Virus record (IMG/VR): IMGVR_UViG_3300043481_000001
Location: 1-52,316 of that record
Origin: a virus
Taxonomy: Duplodnaviria > Caudoviricetes
Strand: one strand, 5' to 3'
Length of the DNA stretch: 52,316 nucleotides
Shown: positions 35,961 to 43,569 of the stretch, piece after piece
Layout of the letters: the number at the start of each line of letters is the position of its first letter
Position numbering within the stretch: position 1 is the first letter of the stretch
The notes under the pieces: generated by a model
Told to the model about the DNA's origin: nothing
Databases searched by the model: none
The model's input: the letters and a program-made list of their open reading frames with translations, nothing else
Made by a program: the position numbers and the translations under genes

Positions 35961-35999
35961 AGCCCCGTCTTCTCAGTAGAGAGAGGGCGGGGCTTTTTT
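35961..35999 (+). terminator. Strong intrinsic terminator
   Basis: AGCCCCGTCTTCTC-AGTAGA-GAGAGGGCGGGGCT-TTTTT; G-U pairs favour the + strand. Confidence 0.8.
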
Positions 36000-36019
36000 A
36001 TGGGTACGCCTCGGGTTCC

Positions 36020-36121
36020 AGGAGCTTAATTCGGGTCTGCCCCTGGGAGAGGACAATCGCTCCAGCGAATTCGCGAGTTAAGCGGGCGGGTTGACGGGGT
36101 CGAACCGGTCGGCCCGCCTTT
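36020..36121 (+). ncRNA. Candidate structured small RNA
   Basis: 10-bp closing stem 36024-36033/36074-36083 enclosing two short hairpins, then terminator 36085-36121. Confidence 0.45.
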
Positions 36122-36138
36122 CGCCTGAACCGGCTTAG

Positions 36139-36450
36139 CTAGCAGCGAATGCGCTTATTGTGGATGAGGACGTCCGGGGCGGCTGGGGGCAAGACCGCAA
36201 TCGTGACCCACTGACATACGCCCCCATCTCGAAAGTAGGCGGTGGATCGGCAATCGACGCGATGGGCCGAACGTCGGGCGCATGGACCTACCGTCCATGA
36301 TTGGCATTCATCCGTGTTCGCGCAGACATTTGCGGTAGAACGCTGAACTGCTCGTTTCGCGTAACCAAATCGGACCTGGTATCCCGCCGCGGCGGTCCCC
36401 ACAAGCAAAAGCAGGGCAGCCAGCGTGGCTCCTAGTGCGAGTTTTTTCAT
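36139..36450 (-). CDS. Small secreted Cys-rich protein
   Basis: Signal peptide MKKLALGATLAALLLLVGTAAA; six Cys; GGGGGAGGG SD. Confidence 0.8.
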   Translation of the reverse strand: MKKLALGATLAALLLLVGTAAAGYQVRFGYAKRAVQRSTANVCANTDECQSWTVGPCARRSAHRVDCRSTAYFRDGGVCQWVTIAVLPPAAPDVLIHNKRIRC

Positions 36451-36485
36451 GCCCTCCCCCTCAGTAGACGATCGCGAGATTACCT

Positions 36486-36518
36486 AAAGCGGGCCGACCC
36501 CGCGAAGGATCAGCCCGC
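36486..36518 (-). terminator. Intrinsic terminator of the peptide gene
   Basis: Minus strand GCGGGCUGAUCC-UUCGCG-GGGUCGGCCCGC-UUU. Confidence 0.8.
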
Positions 36519-36524
36519 TACCAG

Positions 36525-36584
36525 CTAGCCGATCTTGACGATCTCCGTCACGGGAATGGTCCGCTCTGCCTTTGCGATGGTCAC
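36525..36584 (-). CDS. 19-aa peptide MTIAKAERTIPVTEIVKIG (not in ORF track)
   Basis: GGGAGGTGA SD before GTG; terminator 6 nt after the stop. Confidence 0.7.
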   Translation of the reverse strand: MTIAKAERTIPVTEIVKIG

Positions 36585-36734
36585 CTGCCTCACCTCCCTC
36601 AGTCGGGGTTGCTTGGCGGACCTAGAGCTGCGCAAGGACCGTTACGCAGCGTGGTTCTCGTTAAGCGCAACCAGCAAGAAAACCCGTTGACTGGGGCTAC
36701 GCTTAGCCTCCAACTACTTCTTGGAGGTCATCGA

Positions 36735-37325
36735 ATGGCCAGCAGGCTCAAGCATCGGAAGGCGACCCAAAATCGGCTGAAGGCGATGGCCCATCCGATG
36801 CGCGTAGCAATCTTCCGCGTCCTCACCGAACGGGTTGCCAGCCTGGGAGAGATCACGCGCGAGCTGGACCTACCCCGCGAGGAAATGGGCAATGTCCGCT
36901 TCCATCTACACCAGCTCGTCAAGCTCGGCTGCGCCGAAGAGGTCGGCAAACGCCTCGTAAACGACCGCAACGTCAAGGTCTACAAAGCCATCGACCGTGC
37001 GCTGGTCGAGACCGATGAGTGGGAAGACTTCGTCAAGGTGAGCCAGGAGCTCGCCGACCACGTCCTGGGGGAGCTCATGCAGGTCCTCCTAGACCGCCTT
37101 ACGGAATCAGCGAAGGCAGGTATCCTGAGTGGCGATTCAGATCTCCACCTGACCCACACGCCGATGATCTTGGATCAGCCAGGAGTTGAGGAGATGCTTG
37201 CGCTGGCCGAACGAACTCGATTAGAGGCGGCAGAGATCGAACGCCATGCAGCCAAACGTCGTAGCTCTACGGGCGGGGCGATCCACGCCTCGAACTGCAT
37301 CCTCTTCTTCAAGACCCCTGCTTAG
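36735..37325 (+). CDS. ArsR-like winged-HTH regulator with C-terminal domain
   Basis: LKAMAHPMRVAIFRVL..ASLGEITREL..NVRFHLHQLVKLG; GGAGGT SD before ATG 36735. Confidence 0.85.
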   Translation: MASRLKHRKATQNRLKAMAHPMRVAIFRVLTERVASLGEITRELDLPREEMGNVRFHLHQLVKLGCAEEVGKRLVNDRNVKVYKAIDRALVETDEWEDFVKVSQELADHVLGELMQVLLDRLTESAKAGILSGDSDLHLTHTPMILDQPGVEEMLALAERTRLEAAEIERHAAKRRSSTGGAIHASNCILFFKTPA

Positions 37326-37419
37326 TTTTTCCTCCGCAGCTTTAGGCTTGACAAGGGACTCTCGCGTCGGGAAGACTCTCTGACCAGTCGATAAAACCGG
37401 AGTTTCTGGGAAGGACGAG

Positions 37420-37662
37420 GTGTCAGGGCGCGACGAAGAGAGGGAGTTGGCGGAGGCACTAGTTGCCGTTAGGCGGGCGGCTACAGCGATCCGCCTCCCG
37501 CGCCACGCTCGAGCTGCTCTACGCGCTGCGTCAGGTGTCCTAGAGCTTTACGTATCCCATCCGTCTCTTCGGTTAGTGCCCCCAACCCATCCCCCACAGC
37601 AGAACGCGTCTCCGCCAGTTCCTCCCGCAGCAGATCAATCTGCCCTGGCTCCGGTTCGCTGA
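37420..37662 (+). CDS. Possible small protein overlapping the repressor 3' end in antisense
   Basis: TTGACA at 37348 and GGGAAGGA SD before GTG; 182-nt convergent overlap lowers confidence. Confidence 0.4.
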   Translation: MSGRDEERELAEALVAVRRAATAIRLPRHARAALRAASGVLELYVSHPSLRLVPPTHPPQQNASPPVPPAADQSALAPVR

Positions 37663-37906
37663 GGCCGAGGAGGTCGCGCCGGCCCGTCGCCTCGGCGACG
37701 AGGATTGCGATAGCGCGTCGCTTCTCAATGGTGTCTCCGAGGCTGGCTTCCTCGCCGGCCTCCCATCGTCCAACCGTCTTCTTGTCGCGCCCCAGCCACT
37801 CGCCCAATGCCTGCTGGCTCATCGCCCCACGCGCCTCCTTGATGGCCTGAGCGAGGGCGTCTTTGTCGTTGTAGACCGGTTTCACGCGCTGAACCATACG
37901 TCCCAT
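37481..37906 (-). CDS. XRE-family immunity repressor (CI-like)
   Basis: IKEARGAMSQQALGEWLGRDKKTVGRWEAG HTH; C-terminal coiled coil; divergent from cro; start uncertain. Confidence 0.85.
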   Translation of the reverse strand: MGRMVQRVKPVYNDKDALAQAIKEARGAMSQQALGEWLGRDKKTVGRWEAGEEASLGDTIEKRRAIAILVAEATGRRDLLGLSEPEPGQIDLLREELAETRSAVGDGLGALTEETDGIRKALGHLTQRVEQLERGAGGGSL

Positions 37907-37909
37907 CGC

Positions 37910-37965
37910 GTCTCATGGAAGAGACTCCTTGACACCGCCGAAGACTCTGTGGTACAAATAGAGAC
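37910..37965 (+). promoter_or_regulatory. Early lytic promoter/operator region
   Basis: TTGACA(37929)-18 bp-TACAAA(37953), ATG 7 nt later (leaderless); GTCTC-N6-GAGAC inverted repeat 37910-37925; GACTC repeats. Confidence 0.6.
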
Positions 37966-38223
37966 ATGGCGGGAACGAAAGCGACTCTGCGGTACCAGCC
38001 CAATCGCAAGCTCCAGGGTCTTCGCATCAACGCGGGGATGTCGCCAAACGATCTCGGCTACCAGGCGGGCGTCTCTGGCAAGACGATCCGGATGGTCGAG
38101 GCGGGTCACACGCCGAGCCCTCGAATCCAGTTCGCAATCGCTGAGGTCTTTGGCCTCCTGCCCCTCGATCTCTGGCCTCTCCATGAGCGCCGCCATCTCC
38201 AGCGCGGGGCAGTTCCAGCGTGA
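37966..38223 (+). CDS. Cro-like XRE HTH protein 1
   Basis: LRINAGMSPNDLGYQAGVSGKTIRMVEAG..P..AIAEVFG. Confidence 0.88.
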   Translation: MAGTKATLRYQPNRKLQGLRINAGMSPNDLGYQAGVSGKTIRMVEAGHTPSPRIQFAIAEVFGLLPLDLWPLHERRHLQRGAVPA

Positions 38224-38426
38224 GTGTCGATCTCAAAGCCGAGCGCCTGAATCGCGGCCTGAGCCTCGACGCTCTGGCTGCTGAGACGGGGGTACCGAAA
38301 AGCACTCTGGCGCGAGCCGAGAACGGTGGCCCGCAGCCGACCGCTAGCAACGCCTTCGCCATCGCCGACTTCTACGGCTTCAAGGTCACCGAGATCTGGC
38401 CCCTCCCAGAGAAGGCCAGCGCATGA
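38220..38426 (+). CDS. Cro-like XRE HTH protein 2
   Basis: RLNRGLSLDALAAETGVPKSTLARAENG..P..AIADFYG. Confidence 0.88.
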   Translation: MSVDLKAERLNRGLSLDALAAETGVPKSTLARAENGGPQPTASNAFAIADFYGFKVTEIWPLPEKASA

Positions 38427-38587
38427 CCCTCTCCGTCGAGTTGCCGGTCTGTCCGACGTGCGACCGGATCGGGAAGCTCCCCAGCCACCTGACCCGCAAG
38501 GACTGGTGCAACGGCGGAGTCGGCAAGCGCCAGCACAAGGCCGTGAAAATGCAGAAGCGGGTCTTTGTAGAGAAGGCGAGCGAGTAA
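38423..38587 (+). CDS. 54-aa CxxC protein (not in ORF track)
   Basis: MTLSVELPVCPTC..WC..H; ATGA and TAATG coupling. Confidence 0.65.
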   Translation: MTLSVELPVCPTCDRIGKLPSHLTRKDWCNGGVGKRQHKAVKMQKRVFVEKASE

Positions 38588-38799
38588 TGGCCCTCGCCAA
38601 GGCAGCCATGCGCTACTCCCGTCGCGCCAAGCCCTGTCCTCGCGGAGGGAAGAAGAGCTTCAAGACCAAGCGCAAGGCACGCGTTCTTGCTGAGCAGCTC
38701 GAAGCGGTTCAAGAGATCCCGATGTATGTCTACCGCTGCAAGAACTGCTGCCTCTTCCATCTCTCCCGTCAGGCGCCAAACGTCAAGGAGGCAGCATGA
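38587..38799 (+). CDS. Small Zn-binding basic phage protein
   Basis: CPRGGKKSF..YVYRCKNCCLFHLS. Confidence 0.7.
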   Translation: MALAKAAMRYSRRAKPCPRGGKKSFKTKRKARVLAEQLEAVQEIPMYVYRCKNCCLFHLSRQAPNVKEAA

Positions 38800-39032
38800 T
38801 CCACTGGCTCTTTACCCACCCTGAGCTAGTTGTTCTCGGCTACTTCGTAGTCGCAGCCCTGGGCCTTCTCCTCTTCTACTGCATGGTCAACGCGGGGGGA
38901 GAGGCTCCGACGTTCGTAGAGGTCGAAGAGATCCCGAGCGCCTGGGACACCTTCCCCGAGAAGTGGGTTCCTCCGGCTGCTGAATCGCACCTCGGCAAGG
39001 AGCACGTTGGGGAGAGGCGGCGGGCGGCATGA
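38796..39032 (+). CDS. Small membrane protein
   Basis: AAGGAGG SD; N-terminal TM. Confidence 0.7.
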   Translation: MIHWLFTHPELVVLGYFVVAALGLLLFYCMVNAGGEAPTFVEVEEIPSAWDTFPEKWVPPAAESHLGKEHVGERRRAA

Positions 39033-39286
39033 AAAGGGTTTACGGCAGCCCCTCAATCGAGGCAGCCTTTACGGCGCAGGACGAAGCCTTCTTGGCGGCT
39101 GAGGCTCGCGGCTTTGAGGTAGCCAACGGCCTGATCGAGACCGCTCATTTGGACTCCCGCCTTGCTCGGTTCCAGAAGGAGGGCGAAGCCATCAAGGCCA
39201 AGCTGATGGAGCTTCACAAGGACGAAGCCGCCAACTGCATGGAGATGGCCTTGGCCGCTGCCGAAGACTCGAAGGCGGCGCTCTAG
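39029..39286 (+). CDS. Hypothetical protein
   Basis: ATGA coupling. Confidence 0.7.
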   Translation: MKRVYGSPSIEAAFTAQDEAFLAAEARGFEVANGLIETAHLDSRLARFQKEGEAIKAKLMELHKDEAANCMEMALAAAEDSKAAL

Positions 39287-40126
39287 ATGCCGACCTATGA
39301 GGTCAAGAGCGTCGGCGCCGAACCACGCGAGTGGTCGAGTACCCACGGCGGGAGCTTCCTCTCCTACAAGGTTGACCTCGCCGAAGACGGCGGCGCCGTC
39401 GCGATGGGAATCGAGTGGACCAAGAAGCCCGAGAGCCAGCCCCCAAGCGTCGGCGAACGAGTAGTCGGCCACCTTGAACCGGGGAAATTCTCGGAAAAGT
39501 TCAAAATCGACTACGAGGCGACCAAAGAATTGGGCGGGGGAGCGTCGCGCGAAGCACAGACCGGGACCGCTGGGTCACGCAACGGAGGGGGCAAGCGCGA
39601 TTGGAAGCCCGAGAGCGAGAGGGACCCGGAGCGCTCCGCCCGCATTCTCCGTCAGCACTCGCAGGAGATGGCTCTGCGGGCGGCTTGTTCCGCTGGCTAT
39701 TTCCAGGGTGAGATCACCACCGAGAAGCTCCGGGACGACCTCATCCCACTCGTTGATTTCTTCGACCAAGATGTAAACAAAGCCGGTCAGGCTGCGAAGC
39801 AGGCTCAGGGTTCAGCCCCCCCTGCCCAAGAAGGCGCTGCCCCTCTTCCCAGCGCCTCCCCTGGGCCTGTCTCGCAGCCAGCCGACGATACGCACCAGTA
39901 CTTCTGCAAACTCCTAGAGGACGCTGCCCTCAACCCCGACGCAGCCAGCGCTCTCGCCACCTTCATCGTTGAGAAGTTCGACAACGATCAGCGCAGGCGA
40001 GCGGAAACCGGTCTCAAGCATCTCGACACGCAGAAAGAGACGCTCGACAAGGCGCGCTACTCCTACGAAAAAGCGACGGGCCAGTTGCTTCCCGATCCGG
40101 CCGATGACGAGTCGATCCCGTTTTGA
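39287..40126 (+). CDS. Putative ssDNA-binding/recombination protein
   Basis: Beta-rich OB-like N-terminus; acidic C-terminal DDESIPF tail typical of SSBs. Confidence 0.6.
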   Translation: MPTYEVKSVGAEPREWSSTHGGSFLSYKVDLAEDGGAVAMGIEWTKKPESQPPSVGERVVGHLEPGKFSEKFKIDYEATKELGGGASREAQTGTAGSRNGGGKRDWKPESERDPERSARILRQHSQEMALRAACSAGYFQGEITTEKLRDDLIPLVDFFDQDVNKAGQAAKQAQGSAPPAQEGAAPLPSASPGPVSQPADDTHQYFCKLLEDAALNPDAASALATFIVEKFDNDQRRRAETGLKHLDTQKETLDKARYSYEKATGQLLPDPADDESIPF

Positions 40127-40320
40127 TGGCGGCGATCACCAAAGCCGACATTCGCCGAGAGATCGCAGACGCCTGTCGGGATCTCTCGCGGGATGCTCGC
40201 CGCTCCACCGATGGAAGGTCCATCGTTTGCGTGCAGATTGATCTTCCGTCTCAGAGTGACGCAAGAGAGAGCCTCGCAGCGCATCTCGAAGTCATCGCCG
40301 CAGAAGTTGAGGCCCGCTGA
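40123..40320 (+). CDS. Hypothetical protein
   Basis: Overlap coupling at both ends. Confidence 0.6.
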   Translation: MMAAITKADIRREIADACRDLSRDARRSTDGRSIVCVQIDLPSQSDARESLAAHLEVIAAEVEAR

Positions 40321-40559
40321 TGTACGCCGGCCCTCGCCCAAAGCCCTTCCCCTCGGTCCTCCAGGGAGACGATCCGGCGACTGAAGCTGAGTTCGCCCGA
40401 GCTATGGCTGACCTCCGCCGGGAAGATGCAGAACAGGCCGCCTTGGAGGACGCTGCCGAGTTCCTGATCGCGAGAGGGAGCCGCGCCGAAGAGAAGTGCG
40501 AACGGGAATACACCCGGATGGAATCCGAGGTCGATTACCACGAGCAGGTGATCGGGTGA
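40320..40559 (+). CDS. Hypothetical acidic protein
   Basis: TGATG and GTGA coupling. Confidence 0.65.
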   Translation: MYAGPRPKPFPSVLQGDDPATEAEFARAMADLRREDAEQAALEDAAEFLIARGSRAEEKCEREYTRMESEVDYHEQVIG

Positions 40560-40885
40560 GCCGGACTCCCGACCCCCTAGACATGCTTGATGTGATCGAG
40601 GAGTCACGCCAGTGCGCCATGCAGCGTCGAGAGGCCGCCGTGGATCACATGGCGACCGTTGCCCTTCAGGCGATTGTCGAAGGCCGGGACGTTCGGGAGG
40701 TGGCACGGCGCTGCGGCTTCGCCAAAATGGCGGAGAAAGTCGCTCCCGCCGAAGTTCCCGCGGAAATGTCTGGGGGACTCTTGTTTTCCTGGGGGACCGA
40801 ACGTCCCGAGAAGGGGCCAGATGAGCGCTTCGCCGACTGGCTTGCGCAGGCCGTCAAGAAGCTCGTTATGGAGGGGCTGGCGTGA
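40556..40885 (+). CDS. Hypothetical protein, possible HTH
   Basis: GTG 40556; GRDVREVARRCGF. Confidence 0.65.
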   Translation: MSRTPDPLDMLDVIEESRQCAMQRREAAVDHMATVALQAIVEGRDVREVARRCGFAKMAEKVAPAEVPAEMSGGLLFSWGTERPEKGPDERFADWLAQAVKKLVMEGLA

Positions 40886-40959
40886 GCCGCGAATACTTCA
40901 CGCAACGCCCCTCGCGCCTGCGCCGACTGCTCCGCGCCCTGAAGTGGAGGCGACGGTAA
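40882..40959 (+). CDS. 25-aa Arg-rich peptide (not in ORF track)
   Basis: GGAGGG SD; MSREYFTQRPSRLRRLLRALKWRRR; fills the gap with GTGA/TAATG overlaps. Confidence 0.5.
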   Translation: MSREYFTQRPSRLRRLLRALKWRRR

Positions 40960-41111
40960 TGGGCTACGCATTGCGCGCGGTTTTTTGCCTAGCGGGAGGC
41001 ATCGCTTTCTTTGTCGTCGGCAGCATCAAGTCGGACGCCGGCTTGGTCGGCGCTGGCACGGCTCTGGTCTTTATCGCTGGGATGAATTTCGAGCTTTGGG
41101 GGGAACGATGA
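40959..41111 (+). CDS. 50-aa two-TM membrane protein
   Basis: GGAGG SD; two hydrophobic segments. Confidence 0.65.
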   Translation: MGYALRAVFCLAGGIAFFVVGSIKSDAGLVGAGTALVFIAGMNFELWGER

Positions 41112-41524
41112 CTGCCCTTCCGCAGCCGAGCGAAGTGATCGCGTTCCTGGACACCGCCGCTGGCGACCTCGATCGCCTCGGCAAGGAACTGGAGGCAGCC
41201 CACCTCGACCTTGGGGACGCCGAGACCGTCTACGAGCAGGCGATGGATGAGGCGCTGCTGGAGCTTGTCGAGGAATACGAGCTGACGGGCAAGCGTCTGC
41301 CGGGCGAAGATGTCCGGCTCGCCAAGGCTCGCAAGCGGATCGACTTCGCGCTCTACTCGACCTTCAAAAAGGCCAAGCGCCGAGTCGAAGGGCTCAACCT
41401 CCACAGCCGCAAGCTGGAGACCGCCATCAGCGCCCGTCAGAGCACCTTGAAGGGGCTGCGGGAAGGCATGTCATCCGAAGGCTTTGGGCACACGGGGAAG
41501 ACCTTTGGGAGGCAAGCGGCGTGA
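41108..41524 (+). CDS. Coiled-coil hypothetical protein
   Basis: ATG 41108 (ATGA); long amphipathic helices. Confidence 0.7.
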   Translation: MTALPQPSEVIAFLDTAAGDLDRLGKELEAAHLDLGDAETVYEQAMDEALLELVEEYELTGKRLPGEDVRLAKARKRIDFALYSTFKKAKRRVEGLNLHSRKLETAISARQSTLKGLREGMSSEGFGHTGKTFGRQAA

Positions 41525-41793
41525 CCGATCCCATCCTTTCCCTTGCCGACGCCGTCGCCGAGACGCCATGGTCGGAATCGACCCTCTATAGGGAGGCACC
41601 GAAACCAGATAGCCCCTTTCACAAGCGTGGGGGCCGTTGGGTCACGACCGAATCCGATCTTCTTGCCTGGGTCCGCAGCGGCCCAAAGCCCGAGCGCCAG
41701 CACCGCGCCGAGTCTCCGATGCCTAGACCGCGCTCCCGTCGCCGCAGTAGTTTCGGCGCACTGGTCAATCAGTTTGAAAGGGGCGCAGCGTAA
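41521..41793 (+). CDS. Putative excisionase (AlpA/MerR-like HTH)
   Basis: ILSLADAVAETPWSESTLYR..PFHKRGGRW..DLLAW; directly before the integrase. Confidence 0.75.
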   Translation: MTDPILSLADAVAETPWSESTLYREAPKPDSPFHKRGGRWVTTESDLLAWVRSGPKPERQHRAESPMPRPRSRRRSSFGALVNQFERGAA

Positions 41794-42947
41794 TGGCATC
41801 AATCCACCCGACGAAGCACGGGACCTATGAAGTGAAGTGGCGCGAGAACGGCTGCCAGAAATCTGAATCGGAAAAGACGAAACGCGAGGCCGTAGCGCTC
41901 AAGGTCGCCGTAGAGCGGCGTCTCGAAGGTGGCGGGGTGGTCGTTCGCAGCAAGGACGCGCCAAAGCTGGAGCAGTTCTCGGCGGAATGGCTCGCCGCTC
42001 GCCGGGACCTCGAGGATTCCACCAGGGCTAATTATCAGGCGTGGCTCGAAGTTCACATCCTGCCGATCCTCGGCAGCTTCTCGATTGCCGATCTTCGGCC
42101 CAGGCTTTTGCAGGAATGGCAGGACACGCGCCTTGCTGAAGGCGCAGGCCCAGCGGTGCTTGGGAAGGCACAGGCTCTGCTCTCCCAGATCCTCAACAAG
42201 GCCGTGCTGCCCTACGAATACCTCGACGTAAACCCGGTCGCGGCATTGGACCCGCCGACCTATGAGAAGCGCCAGCACCGCTGGCTCACGGCGGCTGACG
42301 TTGAGGCGCTGCGGTCCTGGTTCATCGCTCAGGACGACATCGGCTCGGCGACTCTCATCTCCGTCTTGGCCTACGTCGGCATTCGCCCACAGGACGCCCT
42401 CGCCCTCTCCTGGCCCGACGTTGGGCAGCGTCTCAGCGTGACCAAGAAGAACTCCAACGGAGCGATCAAGCCGGGGTCGAAGACAGGGCAGGGCTACAAG
42501 CGCACCGTCTACCTGCCGGAGCCCGTCGCTGCCGACCTCGCGGAGTGGCGAGCCCTTCACGAGGGCGCCTTGATCTTCAATCGCAACGTCGATGGCGGTC
42601 CCTGGACGAAGATCGACTGGGACAACTGGCGCTCCCGGTTCCGCAGAGATAAAAGCCGTGGGCACTGCTTCAAGAAGGCGGCGATTGAAGTCGGGCTGGG
42701 GGAGACCCTGCGGCCCTATGACCTTCGCCACACCGGGGCTTCGCTCTACGCCGCTACGGGCTGGGGGGCACCGGAAATCGCCCATCAGCTCGGACACTCG
42801 CCAACCGAGAGCCAGCGGACCTACCAGCACGTCCTCCTAGCCGACGGAGCAGCGCCCCGGAGGTCGATAGAGGACTACATCCGAGAGGCGCGAGGCTTCG
42901 CGCCGGCCGAGTATGTTCGGGATTCGTTCGGAGTGGAGGCCCCGTGA
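41793..42947 (+). CDS. int: Tyrosine integrase
   Basis: Arm-binding N-terminus; GIRPQDALAL, KT, YDLRH, LGHS and TYQH catalytic motifs. Confidence 0.95.
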   Translation: MASIHPTKHGTYEVKWRENGCQKSESEKTKREAVALKVAVERRLEGGGVVVRSKDAPKLEQFSAEWLAARRDLEDSTRANYQAWLEVHILPILGSFSIADLRPRLLQEWQDTRLAEGAGPAVLGKAQALLSQILNKAVLPYEYLDVNPVAALDPPTYEKRQHRWLTAADVEALRSWFIAQDDIGSATLISVLAYVGIRPQDALALSWPDVGQRLSVTKKNSNGAIKPGSKTGQGYKRTVYLPEPVAADLAEWRALHEGALIFNRNVDGGPWTKIDWDNWRSRFRRDKSRGHCFKKAAIEVGLGETLRPYDLRHTGASLYAATGWGAPEIAHQLGHSPTESQRTYQHVLLADGAAPRRSIEDYIREARGFAPAEYVRDSFGVEAP

Positions 42948-42989
42948 CCGCAAGCTTTCCTGTTCGGTTTGGCTCTAGGATTGCCCCAC

Positions 42990-43062
42990 GCGGACGTAGC
43001 TCAGTTGGTAGAGCGCAAGCTTCCCAAGCTTGAGGTCGCGGGTTCGACCCCCGTCGTCCGCT
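42990..43062 (+). tRNA. tRNA-Gly(CCC)
   Basis: GCGGACG/CGTCCGC acceptor, CAAGC-TTCCCAA-GCTTG anticodon arm, GGTTCGACCCC T arm, U73; CCA not encoded; TAGGAT -10 at 42976. Confidence 0.96.
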
Positions 43063-43109
43063 CTCTCGTCGTCGCCCGCATCACCGGGCGGACGACGCAG
43101 CCGCAGCCC

Positions 43110-43481
43110 TCAGGCCGCGGCTGCCAGGGGCTGAAGAGGAGCGTCGGCGGCCTTCTCGGTCGAGACCGGGATTCGGTAGAAGTGCTCCGTTGCGCCCCTC
43201 ACCTGCTGCTGGCGCACCAGCTGTATCAGCCCTGCTTTCGCCAGCTCGGTGACGTGGTAATTCGTATTGCTGAGAGGAATCTGCAGCTCTTGGCTGAGAT
43301 CGCTGGGCGAGAGGGTGCGCCCCCCGTCCATTCCGAGGATTTCCAGGATCGAGATCCGCAACGGATGCGCGGTCGCCCGCGCCAGATGCTCCCAGTCGAG
43401 GGGGAGCGACGAGTGCTTCCCGTTCCCGTTGGCGTGAATCCCGTTCTGGCCGATGGCTGAGTGACCGTTGAGGCTTTTCAT
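43110..43481 (-). CDS. Host ArsR-like winged-HTH protein
   Basis: AHPLRISILEIL..SPSDLSQEL..NTNYHVTELAKAGLI..RGATEHFY. Confidence 0.88.
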   Translation of the reverse strand: MKSLNGHSAIGQNGIHANGNGKHSSLPLDWEHLARATAHPLRISILEILGMDGGRTLSPSDLSQELQIPLSNTNYHVTELAKAGLIQLVRQQQVRGATEHFYRIPVSTEKAADAPLQPLAAAA

Positions 43482-43569
43482 GGAGGGCAGGTTACCAAAA
43501 AATATTGATTCATGTCATCAAAATCGGGTAGCGTCGCTTTGGGATGAACCGGAGGAAAGGGAATAGCCG

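Larger units (their letters stand above)
1..42989. mobile_element. Temperate podovirus-like prophage, left end outside the window
   Basis: TerL, portal, capsid, short-tail and lysis genes, repressor/cro pair, excisionase and tyrosine integrase next to tRNA-Gly; no tape-measure or tail-tube cassette recognised; right boundary approximate. Confidence 0.93.

Noticed and set aside
36091-36110. Minus-strand GGTTCGACCCCGTC resembling the tRNA-Gly T arm (possible att remnant)
   Set aside because: Short and imperfect, lies in a terminator loop in mid-prophage; chance is likely
42969-43460. 163-aa ORF across tRNA-Gly
   Set aside because: Overlaps the tRNA and is antisense to the ArsR-like gene
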